DNA of 64,000 nucleotides, from the IMG/VR virus record IMGVR_UViG_3300018962_000001, positions 140,686 to 204,685 of that record; one strand, written 5' to 3'. The translations under genes were made by a program, and so were the position numbers. Of this stretch, positions 26,882-36,828 are shown one piece after another (position 1 is the first letter of the stretch; the number at the start of each line of letters is the position of its first letter). The notes beneath the pieces were generated by a model. It ran no database searches. It was not told the DNA's origin and saw only the letters and a list, made by a program, of their open reading frames with translations.

Positions 26882-27685
26882 CTACAGGGAATACATGCCT
26901 GTCTGGTGCAGGCGTGCGCGCTGTTCATCGGTCGCTTGCTGCGAGGCCGATGGCTGCGCACTCCCATCTGGTTTCGGGGGGCGCGGATTACCGGGCGGGA
27001 TTGGGGTCATGAGTCGCTGGGCAAGCGATCGTGCTTGTTTCGCCCACTGGACCCGCTGCTCCAGGGCAGCCGCTCCGGGGTCGAGCACTTTCACTTCAGT
27101 CGGCCATTCACCCGTTTCCGTGTCGATTAATTCATTGACCATCGCGGCATACCGCTCGGCCTGGGCACGCGCCGTGGCGAGTTCGCCCTGCGCTTGCTCC
27201 TGCTGCACGGTCAGCTGGGTCGTCAGTTGCGTGGTCTGGGCTTCCAACTCGGTGACTCGGCGTTTGTGATCACCGATCTCGCGTTCGCGTTTATCGGCGA
27301 GCTTTTGCCACTGTCGTTGTTTTTCAGCTTCCTCCTCCTCGGCTTTGCGCGCGGCCTCCGCGGCCTCCGCTGCTGCCGTCGCCGCCGCCGCCGCCGCTTC
27401 CTCCTGGGCCACCCGTTCCTGGGTTTCGCGGTCCAGAATTTGTTGCCGCAAGCGCGCCGCTTCCGCCTCCGCATCCTGCTTGGCCTTGTTCACTTCGTCA
27501 AACCGGGCCTTGGGGATCATATGGTCCGCCGGGGCAGGCGTTGGTGCGGGGCTGGGCGTTGGTGCAGGATCGGTCCCCGTAGGCGCAGGATCACCGTCAC
27601 CCGGCGCAGGATCAGTCGTGAATGACCGGGTAAGGAGGAATAACGACCACAGCGCCAATTGTGGGAGCATGAATGTGCCAAACAT
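26882..27685 (-). CDS. Capsid scaffolding protein, 267 aa
   Basis: IPKARFDEVNKAK motif, long coiled coil, PPGNPRPP tail; start re-assigned to ATG 27685 (GGAG RBS). Confidence 0.85.
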   Translation of the reverse strand: MFGTFMLPQLALWSLFLLTRSFTTDPAPGDGDPAPTGTDPAPTPSPAPTPAPADHMIPKARFDEVNKAKQDAEAEAARLRQQILDRETQERVAQEEAAAAAATAAAEAAEAARKAEEEEAEKQRQWQKLADKREREIGDHKRRVTELEAQTTQLTTQLTVQQEQAQGELATARAQAERYAAMVNELIDTETGEWPTEVKVLDPGAAALEQRVQWAKQARSLAQRLMTPIPPGNPRPPKPDGSAQPSASQQATDEQRARLHQTGMYSL

Positions 27686-27786
27686 ACAGGAATCTCCGGT
27701 ACGATCCGTTTCGAGTTTTTCGTGCAACGCCACGGGATCAATACTGCTAGGATGGGGGGATTGAGCAGCTGCTTCAGCGGGGGAGG

Positions 27787-27835
27787 TTAAACAACAACAG
27801 CGCTCGAACTACCTCGTGAGGTAGTCTGAGCGCTG
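27787..27835 (-). terminator. Terminator/attenuator-like hairpin in the capsid operon leader
   Basis: CAGCGCTC..ACTACCTC GT GAGGTAGT..GAGCGCTG stem followed on the minus strand by TTGTTGTTTAA. Confidence 0.6.
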
Positions 27836-27871
27836 ACGAAACCGTGCTCCGCAGCTATACGTAATGCCCAT

Positions 27872-27900
27872 AGTATAAGGACCGCTGGTGCTGGTGTCAA
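27872..27900 (-). promoter_or_regulatory. Near-consensus SigA promoter upstream of the scaffold/capsid operon
   Basis: TTGACA-N17-TATACT. Confidence 0.8.
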
Positions 27901-27914
27901 TAGCGGGGGTTGAC

Positions 27915-28169
27915 TCAGGCGGGATCTCGCCTCGATTCTGGGTCGGAATCGAGCAGCGGTGAGCTGGAATCATGGCGCAGCCGCTGACGATCCGCGCGGC
28001 GTTCCGTTCGCGACAGCACGCTATGCGGGAGTCCCAAATAGTCCTCCAGGCTGGTCAACAGCAAAATCAGCGCCTGACGTGCCGCCATGCCGAGTCGATA
28101 GTGATCTCCTTGGGCACTTGGCCGGAGCGGTACCGGAGATTTCGTGGGCGAATCGTGAGCCATACCCAT
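27915..28169 (-). CDS. Hypothetical protein, 84 aa
   Basis: AAGGA RBS; packs after the BppU-like gene. Confidence 0.55.
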   Translation of the reverse strand: MGMAHDSPTKSPVPLRPSAQGDHYRLGMAARQALILLLTSLEDYLGLPHSVLSRTERRADRQRLRHDSSSPLLDSDPESRRDPA

Positions 28170-28182
28170 TCCTTCTTGCTCC

Positions 28183-28548
28183 CTACAGGGGATTCAGATC
28201 TTCGATCACTCGAATGGTAAAATAATCGTCGGTTGGAATTGTGAGTCGCTGATCTGGCGACCCATACTGGACCTCGATTTCGGCGAGATAATCCCCCGGC
28301 GGGAGCGCGGTCTCGCCCGGAAGCCACTGAAACTGAAAGCGCGTGGTTACCCGCCCATCATACGTTCCGGTTTCCGCCGTTCCAGGACGTTGAATGACCA
28401 ACACCCCCCGCTCATTCCGCACGAAAAACCAGAACACGCCATTGAGTGTTGGGAGGGGCGTGCCATCCGCCTGCCACAGATCGGCCCGAAACGGCGTGAG
28501 TGTATCATTGCGCTTCTGATAATGAACCAGATTTGACCCGCGATTCAT
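28183..28548 (-). CDS. BppU-like (baseplate upper, N-terminal domain) protein, 121 aa
   Basis: KRNDT..F.A.L...GDYLAEIEVQY...TIPTDDY..I.V.EDL pattern; GGAGGTG RBS. Confidence 0.7.
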   Translation of the reverse strand: MNRGSNLVHYQKRNDTLTPFRADLWQADGTPLPTLNGVFWFFVRNERGVLVIQRPGTAETGTYDGRVTTRFQFQWLPGETALPPGDYLAEIEVQYGSPDQRLTIPTDDYFTIRVIEDLNPL

Positions 28549-28552
28549 TGTG

Positions 28553-31500
28553 TCACCTCCGTACCTGGGCGCGTGTTCGGCTGGGGAGCACCATGCTGCG
28601 ACAACGATGGCTGACCACTGCTGCGCGCATCCGCAGATCACGCACGACGGCGCGAATTGGGAGCGCGAGCGTCGGGATCGCGCCCTGAAGATCGCCTGCC
28701 ACGACCGCAAAACTGAGCACGGCGTGGCCGATCGATCGACTCAGCACCTGCCCGGCCCGCAGGGAAGCCTCCACGCTGAGCACGACCAACAGCGCACGCT
28801 GTCGGTGCGCTGTCGCGCCTGGCCCGACATCAAGCGCGATTCCGGCAGTCACCGATCGATACCCCGCACGTCGGGTGCCAGCAGCAATGATACTCGGTGC
28901 TGCGCTGACCAGGCTCCGAGCCACCGTGCTTTTGGCATGGAGGCTTCCCGTTCCAGCGGCGGTGCTGGTGAGCTGCCGCTGGGAATCTCGTCGCACCTGG
29001 GCGGTCATCAGATCGAGGACGCTTATCGCAATCGTATGCCCCCGCGCACTGATTCGATCGACGGTCCCCTGTACCGGGCCATGCCATCCACCAGGCCGGT
29101 GCGATTCTTGTGCCCGCGCGCCGGTGATGGTGGTGGCATGATCCACCTCGCCGAACCGAGTAGCCCCACCCCGACGCAGCACGTGGGCTTCCCCAACGAC
29201 CCCCGCCGACACTCCCTGCCGGACCAGTGCTTGCCGGGCCAGCTGGAGACCGGTCTCCAGCGGAACGCCGAGACCGCGCACGGTGCTTGCCTGCGACCCA
29301 ATCACAGCCTCAGCTTCCGCGTCCACCGTCCCGCTTCGATCGCGTCGACTCCACCGTTCAGCAAAGGTGCTCCCCGGAATAACGAATCCCGCATGGCGGG
29401 CACTTTGCCCCCCCGGACTCACCAGCGGGACCGCTGCCAGGCTGTCGCTCACGGCCCGAATCAGGCGTTGATCGCCACGCAGCCACGCCACCGCCAGCGC
29501 CCCCCACGGAGCTGCGCGACCAAAGCCCCGTCGCGTCGCGCTGGCCGGGTCGATCCCTTGGCTCACTGAGGGCGCGCGCGCGAGGATCTGGCGGCCTCCG
29601 GTTGTCGCGACCGGAGCAATTGCCTCTGCCACCCACTGGATCATGGTTGTGACTCGATCCCCGATCGTGGTTGTGACGATGGCGATCGGAGCCGTGCGGC
29701 GCTGGGCAAGGATGCGCGTCCCAACACTCATGACTCCCGTACCCCAGCCTGGCACACGGCGCACGGCCTGATGGGCCGCGAGGCCGATCGCTGGAAGATT
29801 TGCAGTTGCCGTTTGGCGAGACGCCGCCGTTCCCGCAGCGATGCCGGTGCCGATCGGCATCACTTGACTACGCAGGCGGGTTAACGCTTGGGCAGTGCGT
29901 AGCAGGCCGATCCCTGGCAGGTCCAGTAGCACGCCCCGCAGCGCCTCACGGCGCTGGGTAAGTCCGGCGGCGGCGGCGGCGATCGCCATGATCCCCCGGC
30001 GAATCGTTTGCTGTCCGCCCAGCGCGAGGGTGCTGCCGGTTCCCGCCGCGATCTGGCGCTGGGTCATGGTGCGATACCCAAGCCCACTGTTCGCCGCCTG
30101 GGTGCTGCCGATCCCGCGCAGGCCGTGGGTCATACGACTCGTGGTCATGGTGATGGGGACGGGCACCGCTGGGACCTTCAGTGCGTGTCCGCCTTTTGCC
30201 AGAGGGACCCCGATCTCGGTGGCGATTGCCACCGAGCGCGTCACCACTTGGCCCGCAGCAACGGTTGTATAATCGAGGTGATAGTCGTCAACATCAAAGA
30301 TTTGCTGGGTTCCCGCAGGGACATTATCGATCTGCAAGGCGGCAACAATCCGGGGTGAGTTCCACATATCCACCACGCCCGGATAGCTTTCGTTCAGGAC
30401 AAACAGCACGCCATCCGAAAGAAGCCAGCGGTAGGTAATCTGGTCATTCGCGATGTCCACAACAAACTCCAGGCGATGCCATACATCTGGGTCTAGCTCC
30501 TGCGTGAATCCATAGGCTTGCTCCGTTGAGGGCCGGTTGGCATCCCAGCCACGAGTCGCGCCAAACGGTCGCCAGTGCCGCGTTGGCGCGGTGATGATGT
30601 ACGTAAAGGCAGCCTCCAAGCGCCGTCCCTGCTGGTACACCGAAAACGGAAACTCGACGGCTTGCGGGGCATTGACCGTGCCCGCATAGCGCCAGTTGAT
30701 CCGGTAGATCCATCGCACGGCATCGACCCACGGAAGATCCTGGTACCGATACACATTGACATAGACCGGCTCACTCCCCGTATTGACCCCACCTGAGGTG
30801 GTGATTTCGATTTGATAGATCTGTCCATCGCCCGATGGAGCCGATGCGTCCGCGACGATTCGATGGGTCTGCGTCATCGTATAGCCGGGCGACCCATCAT
30901 TCGGGTTGAAGGTTGTGAGCGCGCCGTGAGTCCAAAATGCCTCGGTGTAGAGTTTCCATGCACTCAGCGCCGCCTGATCCAGCGGACCAAAAAATCCCTG
31001 GCTGCTACTGTCTCGCCGGGTCAGCGCTCCACTTGCAGGGAGGTTGACCCCTCCAGCGCGCTGGAGTGCCCGCCGCCCAATAGGCAGAGCGGCACTGTTT
31101 GCGAGGGTTGTGACTGCCTGGCGGCGTGCGGCGATCGTCCGCCAGATGCCGCGACTTCCGGGCAGCAACACACTGAGTTGTTTCGTGGCCTGGCCGCGCA
31201 GGCTTAACGCGGCCAGGGCTGGCCCGACCCAGGAGCCAGCAAGATGGGCACCTATGCGACGGACCAGCAGGCCGTTAACAGGGATGATGTGGTCCACCCC
31301 GCGCGGCTGTCCGATCCTCCGCCCAGCACTCGTCTCCAAGGCGATCGAGGTCGTGGCAGCGCGCGTGATCGCGTTGCCAGCCGCAGGCGGGGCATTTAGA
31401 TTGTCAAAGCTCGCGGTGTAGGCAGCGGCAGCGGCTCCCGCCGAGGACGTGCGTGCCCCAAATTGGACATATACCGACTCCAGCTCCGCGCCGGTGAGGA

Positions 31501-33613
31501 TGGAGGTACTTTTCCACGCGGTTGTCCCATCCGGCAAGGCATCAGGATGACTCCAGGTCAGCCCGTCTGCCGATACATCTCCATACAGAACCCCCGCCGT
31601 TTCCCGAATCCGCCACCATCGATGGGCTGCCTCCTGGTAGCTGATCGTAATCGCTCCAATCCCGGTTTGCTGCCATTCCAGCGCCTGGGTATTCCCGTTA
31701 TACTGAATCCAGACCGCATCCGCACTGGGATTGACGACCGCGGTTGCTTGCACCCGCAGCAGCACCCGCACGTTCGTTGTTGCGACTAAGGGGAGCACTT
31801 CCACGTGAATCGCTTGGCCGGTCAGGCGATAGGCGCTCGCAGAGGTGTAATAGCCGTAGTCACTCCCTGCTCCGGCGGAGGAAAGACTGATCTGAAGAAC
31901 GGCTCCCGTTTCTGTCAGCGTTGGGGTTGCTGTCTTGTGGACGGTCCACATCGGACTCGCCACCGTGTCACTAAACGTATCGACCAGGCTTCCAAGGTTG
32001 GCGGTACTACTCATCATCTGGATCGTCGGTTCGACGCCAACACCCACCGCCGGACCGATAAAGGCACCGCGCGCCACCGAGTCGATCGAATTTACTCCCA
32101 GAGACGCATTCCCGCTGATCAGCGCTCCTCGGCCAGTGCTTCGGATCGGTGCGGGTCCTGCCGTGGCGGGTATCGCGACGGTGCTGGATCGTGGATAGGC
32201 GGATCGATCGCCAAGTCCTGATGTGTTTGGCGAGGCAATCGTGCTGGCACGGCGAATACTAACGCCCACGCCAACACCGGGGGTGACACTGACTCCGACC
32301 GTTGGCTGACGGATGACCGCCGTGGCTCCGGCGGCGGCCTCCTTATAGGTCACAATACCGCCAATCCAGGTTGCCGTGGCCGACAGGGTAAAGCCCACGG
32401 TTTCCGCTGCCCCACCCACAAGGTCGCGGGTCCCCACGGTTAACGCGGCAGTCGTGGCGTCAGGATAACTCCCGCGACTCGCGTATGGACTGGCAACGCT
32501 GACCGACGCGACGGTCGCCGCATTCGCCAGCAGGCCGATCGCGAGGCGATTGCCACTGCCAAGGGCGGCACTGGTCGTCGCACTCGCAGCAGTCCCCATC
32601 CCGCCGCTGAACCCCGTGCGATCAACGGGATTGGTTGTGGCAATGCCAACAAACTCAAATGCGATGATCGAAAGATTGCCGGACCCAGCGCCACGCTGCA
32701 CGGTGATCAAGGGATTCGTGGTTGTCTGATTGTTTGCGTAGCGCCAGATCTGAATTTCATCACTCCCGCTAACCTGAACAAAATCGCGCGTGAAGCCGAG
32801 ACCGCTGTTGTAGCTGACACTGGTAATCTCACTGGTTCCCGACATGCGATTATTCAGGGCGACGATCAGGGACGATCCTGATCGCGCGGCTTGCGGGAAG
32901 GAAAGGTTAAAGGTCGTGGTCGAGATTCCCTGGTTCCGGGCGGATTGGCAGAGGCCAAACGCACTGGGGGTCGCTGGGACGAGAAACACCGTGAGTCCAC
33001 TATAGGCTCCGCTTCCCGCGTCATGCGATCGTGATCCGGTGACTCCTTCGGCAAGATCGTAGCCATACGCGACAAACTGGCGGCAATGAGCCGTGGTGGT
33101 CCCACCACTATTTTGATCGGTCTCCTTGAACATCCGCCAATCCGCGGTGTACGTCGTGCCGGGCACCGCGCTCGTCTCTACCGTTAACCGCATCGCGCCG
33201 CGATAGCCAAGCCCTGCCCCATTGGTGGCAGCCGCATCCGTATGGGTGGTTCCGGTGGTACCACTGTACGACAAGAGACCGACCGCGCGCGCGCCCGCCG
33301 TGGTGAGCACGCCAGAGATCCCGCAACATGACCAGACACCGCGGCCCGATGTTCCCCAGGAAATGACGGGCGCGGCGGCGTTCCAGGCCGCTGAGAACAG
33401 CGCGGTACAGGTGGCGTTCGTCGAATCCTGGACCTGGCCTTCCTTGGTCCATCCGGTCGTTGCCGTTGTCACGGTGATGGCCGTGCTCGTTTTGATCGAC
33501 ACAAACACCCACAGCGTATCCTCGCTTGTCAGTGCAGGCGAGGATGGCAACGTGGGCGTTACCGACGCGGCGCTGAAGGTGCCCGTGGTTTTGTTTTTAT
33601 GGCGAATGGGCAC
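28553..33613 (-). CDS. 1686 aa virion fibre-like protein
   Basis: Thr/Ser/Ala-rich beta domains; ConA-like domain paralogous to the one in 478..7185; long ~19-21 aa pseudo-repeats. Confidence 0.7.
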   Translation of the reverse strand: MPIRHKNKTTGTFSAASVTPTLPSSPALTSEDTLWVFVSIKTSTAITVTTATTGWTKEGQVQDSTNATCTALFSAAWNAAAPVISWGTSGRGVWSCCGISGVLTTAGARAVGLLSYSGTTGTTHTDAAATNGAGLGYRGAMRLTVETSAVPGTTYTADWRMFKETDQNSGGTTTAHCRQFVAYGYDLAEGVTGSRSHDAGSGAYSGLTVFLVPATPSAFGLCQSARNQGISTTTFNLSFPQAARSGSSLIVALNNRMSGTSEITSVSYNSGLGFTRDFVQVSGSDEIQIWRYANNQTTTNPLITVQRGAGSGNLSIIAFEFVGIATTNPVDRTGFSGGMGTAASATTSAALGSGNRLAIGLLANAATVASVSVASPYASRGSYPDATTAALTVGTRDLVGGAAETVGFTLSATATWIGGIVTYKEAAAGATAVIRQPTVGVSVTPGVGVGVSIRRASTIASPNTSGLGDRSAYPRSSTVAIPATAGPAPIRSTGRGALISGNASLGVNSIDSVARGAFIGPAVGVGVEPTIQMMSSTANLGSLVDTFSDTVASPMWTVHKTATPTLTETGAVLQISLSSAGAGSDYGYYTSASAYRLTGQAIHVEVLPLVATTNVRVLLRVQATAVVNPSADAVWIQYNGNTQALEWQQTGIGAITISYQEAAHRWWRIRETAGVLYGDVSADGLTWSHPDALPDGTTAWKSTSILTGAELESVYVQFGARTSSAGAAAAAYTASFDNLNAPPAAGNAITRAATTSIALETSAGRRIGQPRGVDHIIPVNGLLVRRIGAHLAGSWVGPALAALSLRGQATKQLSVLLPGSRGIWRTIAARRQAVTTLANSAALPIGRRALQRAGGVNLPASGALTRRDSSSQGFFGPLDQAALSAWKLYTEAFWTHGALTTFNPNDGSPGYTMTQTHRIVADASAPSGDGQIYQIEITTSGGVNTGSEPVYVNVYRYQDLPWVDAVRWIYRINWRYAGTVNAPQAVEFPFSVYQQGRRLEAAFTYIITAPTRHWRPFGATRGWDANRPSTEQAYGFTQELDPDVWHRLEFVVDIANDQITYRWLLSDGVLFVLNESYPGVVDMWNSPRIVAALQIDNVPAGTQQIFDVDDYHLDYTTVAAGQVVTRSVAIATEIGVPLAKGGHALKVPAVPVPITMTTSRMTHGLRGIGSTQAANSGLGYRTMTQRQIAAGTGSTLALGGQQTIRRGIMAIAAAAAGLTQRREALRGVLLDLPGIGLLRTAQALTRLRSQVMPIGTGIAAGTAASRQTATANLPAIGLAAHQAVRRVPGWGTGVMSVGTRILAQRRTAPIAIVTTTIGDRVTTMIQWVAEAIAPVATTGGRQILARAPSVSQGIDPASATRRGFGRAAPWGALAVAWLRGDQRLIRAVSDSLAAVPLVSPGGQSARHAGFVIPGSTFAERWSRRDRSGTVDAEAEAVIGSQASTVRGLGVPLETGLQLARQALVRQGVSAGVVGEAHVLRRGGATRFGEVDHATTITGARAQESHRPGGWHGPVQGTVDRISARGHTIAISVLDLMTAQVRRDSQRQLTSTAAGTGSLHAKSTVARSLVSAAPSIIAAGTRRAGYRSVTAGIALDVGPGATAHRQRALLVVLSVEASLRAGQVLSRSIGHAVLSFAVVAGDLQGAIPTLALPIRAVVRDLRMRAAVVSHRCRSMVLPSRTRAQVRR

Positions 33614-33615
33614 CG

Positions 33616-33927
33616 TCAGGCTCCAAGATCATCAAATCCGTAGGAGAACTCGTCGCTAACCGTATTGACGTTAAACAGCCCCGCACCGATCGGCGGGGTG
33701 CTCGCTATGGGACTGCCGGTCGTGGGATGGCGTGGACTGGGGGGCACCTCATAGGTCCACCGCCGCCGCCGCCGGACGTTGGCGGCCCAGAACCGCAGGG
33801 TGTTGGGCGTGAGGTTCGTAATCACGATTCCGTTTTCGACATTCGCGCCGGTCACCGTGTCATACGAAACAAGGACTCGAATCAACCCCTGCTCGTATTC
33901 AGCCACCAGATCCGTCACCACAGCCAT
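33616..33927 (-). CDS. Hypothetical protein, 103 aa
   Basis: GGAGG RBS; operon packing. Confidence 0.7.
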   Translation of the reverse strand: MAVVTDLVAEYEQGLIRVLVSYDTVTGANVENGIVITNLTPNTLRFWAANVRRRRRWTYEVPPSPRHPTTGSPIASTPPIGAGLFNVNTVSDEFSYGFDDLGA

Positions 33928-33942
33928 GATCCCTCCTTCGCG

Positions 33943-34587
33943 CTAGTTGGAGATGGTCCAATCCACGCGCAGGGTGTCATTGGTGGCTAAGACGGCATTC
34001 GACGAGAAATTGTCCTCCGCATACAGCACCGATCCCGCCACTGTCGCCGAGTCAAATAATCCGGCTCCATACGCCGTGGCCGCGCCGGTGGCGGTATAGG
34101 TGTACTGGACAAGCTGGCTGAATTGTGCGCCGTTGGTGGCGGGAGCCGTGTAGTTGCCCGTAATCACCGTTGCCGCCGCACGCGCGAGGCCCAGGGTCGT
34201 GAACTCGTTGGTGGTAACCCCCGCCGAGGTTGACCCGAGCGACAGATTGGCTTTCGATTTGGTGAGGGCAGCGCTGGCAACAGCGATAATCTTAAACTGG
34301 TTGGTATTGACCGCCCCCGGCGAGGCTCCGCCCCCAAAGATCTGAAGCGCCTGACGATTCGCACCCGAATCGACGCGCTCGTTACAGGACAGATCGACCC
34401 AGAGGGTGTCCCACCTCAAGATCTGCCCCGCCTCCATCACAGGTCGCCGTTGCACGGCGACGACCAACCCAAATTCTCCCGGCTGCCGGGTGGCTTTCCG
34501 GCCACCAGGGTAGATCCGCATGGCATCCCAGGAGGCCGGGCGAAAAATGCGTCCCAGCAGGGGATGCGTATAGAGCACCTGCGTCAT
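33943..34587 (-). CDS. Putative virion structural protein, 214 aa
   Basis: C-terminal AGLFDSATVAGSVLY...F...VLATNDTLRVDWTI motif seen in phage fibre-associated proteins. Confidence 0.65.
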   Translation of the reverse strand: MTQVLYTHPLLGRIFRPASWDAMRIYPGGRKATRQPGEFGLVVAVQRRPVMEAGQILRWDTLWVDLSCNERVDSGANRQALQIFGGGASPGAVNTNQFKIIAVASAALTKSKANLSLGSTSAGVTTNEFTTLGLARAAATVITGNYTAPATNGAQFSQLVQYTYTATGAATAYGAGLFDSATVAGSVLYAEDNFSSNAVLATNDTLRVDWTISN

Positions 34588-35255
34588 GACCCGGACTCCT
34601 TCTGCTGTGTGGCGGTGGCATCGCTACTCAGATCCTCGCCTTGGCGGGACCGTTCGGCACGAGCGAGCGTTTCGGCGGCCTGGTCGGCTTGCTGCCGGAG
34701 CTGTTCCTCCGGCGGCGGCGCAGTCTGATTCGTCGGATTGAGATTCATCGCCCGAAACCCGTCCCCCTTCCGGTATAACCGCTCCTGGCTGGGATCAACG
34801 TCCCAGGATCGTCCATGTGGATCAGTGACCGTGACCGGGGTGGACCGGGGACTCGTCTGGTACTGGCGGAGCGCACTATCCCGCAAGATCGTCCACTGGG
34901 CGACCAGGGTATTCACCGCAACCTCCGCCGCCGCCAGTGCGCCTTCATCTGCCGCATCGACGACTCCGTCGTCTTCCACGCCTTTGAGAAAGGTGGTAAT
35001 CGCGGTTCGTGCGCCATCAAAAACCGGCTTTAAGTCACGGGCCAGGGTTTTGAGGTCAGCCCGATAGGGATTCCAGCCCTGCGCCTGGAGCGCGGCCACG
35101 GCTGTTTGGGGGGCTTTAATACAGATTTCGCCGCGCGCATCCCAGAGATCAACGAGCACATCACCATTGACCTCAACCGTGGTCGCTGCCTGAGAGGCAA
35201 GCTGAACAGCCCCGCCACTTTCGACGGTCGCGCCGATGGCTTGTGGATCAGCCAT
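34584..35255 (-). CDS. Hypothetical protein, 223 aa
   Basis: AGGAGG RBS; first gene after the promoter at 35292-35319. Confidence 0.75.
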   Translation of the reverse strand: MADPQAIGATVESGGAVQLASQAATTVEVNGDVLVDLWDARGEICIKAPQTAVAALQAQGWNPYRADLKTLARDLKPVFDGARTAITTFLKGVEDDGVVDAADEGALAAAEVAVNTLVAQWTILRDSALRQYQTSPRSTPVTVTDPHGRSWDVDPSQERLYRKGDGFRAMNLNPTNQTAPPPEEQLRQQADQAAETLARAERSRQGEDLSSDATATQQKESGS

Positions 35256-35291
35256 ACGTATCCTCCTGGTGTCGGTGGGGGGCGTGCCTAC

Positions 35292-35319
35292 AGTATAGCA
35301 TCTGCCACGCGGTTGTCAC
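35292..35319 (-). promoter_or_regulatory. Putative leftward promoter of the second fibre module
   Basis: GTGACA-N16-TATACT. Confidence 0.55.
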
Positions 35320-35349
35320 ATGGTCCGTGCAAACTCCGATCGATGCCCC

Positions 35350-35378
35350 TTGACATACGCTGATACATGCGCTAAGCT
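35350..35378 (+). promoter_or_regulatory. SigA-type promoter of the plus-strand accessory block
   Basis: TTGACA-N17-TAAGCT. Confidence 0.7.
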
Positions 35379-35405
35379 GGGAGCAAGCAAGGGAGGTACC
35401 GGACA

Positions 35406-35801
35406 ATGAGGGATCGTGAACTGCTGAACCGGGTCCGCGAAATATTAGCCCGCATCGGATTGAAGCCGACGCACCAGCAAAGCGGCCTGGATACGCGACG
35501 GATCGATCCGACCATGCTTGCCAGGAGCGGCGGGCGCATGCCGTATCGGATGAAACCACAGCACCGCGCCGGGTATCGACTCGCCAACCATGTCCTCCGA
35601 GTTGCGGATCAGCACCAGCACACGATGCGGATCGTGTGGCAACCGGAGTCGGACAACTACGCAGCGACCACCATGCCCCAATACCAGTATGTGTTGGAGC
35701 GTGCCCGTGCCGCCTGCGAATCCGCAGGCGTTCGGGTCATCACCGATACGCAGTATCCATATGATCTCATTCTTTTGCCCACTGAGGAGGATCGCCCATG
35801 A
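35406..35801 (+). CDS. Hypothetical protein, 131 aa
   Basis: GGAGG RBS; ATGA overlap with the next gene. Confidence 0.75.
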   Translation: MRDRELLNRVREILARIGLKPTHQQSGLDTRRIDPTMLARSGGRMPYRMKPQHRAGYRLANHVLRVADQHQHTMRIVWQPESDNYAATTMPQYQYVLERARAACESAGVRVITDTQYPYDLILLPTEEDRP

Positions 35802-36520
35802 CTCGATCGATTGGCCCTGGATGGAATGGCTACGCCACCATCGATAACCTGGAGGCCATTGCCACGGCCATCAGGACGCTTCTCGCCGGACGCCGCTATG
35901 TATTTATCGCGGTTAACGAATCGTATCCCTACCGAGTCGACGCCCGCACCGGCCAGCGACTTAGCCCGGAAAAAGCCACCTCGCGCCAGTCCCTGCGAGT
36001 CTGGTATAACGATGACGTGAAGCACCCGGCGACCGCGCGCTTTGGCGGCCTCACCGCGATCGATACCTATGGAACCTGGGGAATTACGACCAGCGCGCGG
36101 GACACCATGAAAGTTAATGAGCTGGACACGTTGCAAACCCCTTACATCAGCTTCGATGGGCGCGGGGAGCACGCGAAAATCCAGATCCGGCACTACAATG
36201 GCATGAGCGAGGTGTTAAACTGGACCATCGCCGTTGAAGCCGAGCCGGATGCCGATGCGACTTGGTGGCCGCGCCTGTCGCCGGAGCGGGTCATGGAGCG
36301 GCTTACGCAGCAGCGAGTCAACGTCACCGCCTGCTATATGGACGGGGGAACGCATCATCCCTATTGGGTGATCGCAGGCTATACCAGCGGCGGCGAATTT
36401 GCGGTGCTATACGACGATACCACCTGGAGCGTTCGGGGTGATCGATCGATGCAGCCGGTGGTTGAGGAGTGGCTCGCGCCGATCCTGGGTGGGCGAGTCT
36501 ATCGGGAACGCCCGGTATGA
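35798..36520 (+). CDS. Hypothetical protein, 240 aa
   Basis: GAGGAGG RBS; coupled overlaps. Confidence 0.75.
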   Translation: MTRSIGPGWNGYATIDNLEAIATAIRTLLAGRRYVFIAVNESYPYRVDARTGQRLSPEKATSRQSLRVWYNDDVKHPATARFGGLTAIDTYGTWGITTSARDTMKVNELDTLQTPYISFDGRGEHAKIQIRHYNGMSEVLNWTIAVEAEPDADATWWPRLSPERVMERLTQQRVNVTACYMDGGTHHPYWVIAGYTSGGEFAVLYDDTTWSVRGDRSMQPVVEEWLAPILGGRVYRERPV

Positions 36521-36828
36521 GCCCTCATACCCCTGGCTACTTTTACGCGATCCGGTGTGTCTGTGGGTGTATTCACGGCTGGATCACCCACCCTGCCGTT
36601 CGCAAAGTGACCCGCGAATCGCGAACGGCGATGGAAACTGTCTGGTACTGCCCGGCATGCGGTCGCCAACATCGCACCACCGATGGTACCTGGCTAGGCC
36701 AACCTCGCAAAGCCTATGAGGAAATCACGGACGAATCGCAGCTGCCCACACAAGGCAGTCGTGGTCATGGGCCAAGGCGGATACGGAACGGGCAGATCTT
36801 CGAGGTTCCTGAGGAGGATAGCTGGTGA
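36517..36828 (+). CDS. Zinc-finger-like protein, 103 aa
   Basis: CVCGC and CPACG motifs; ATGA overlap. Confidence 0.65.
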   Translation: MSPHTPGYFYAIRCVCGCIHGWITHPAVRKVTRESRTAMETVWYCPACGRQHRTTDGTWLGQPRKAYEEITDESQLPTQGSRGHGPRRIRNGQIFEVPEEDSW

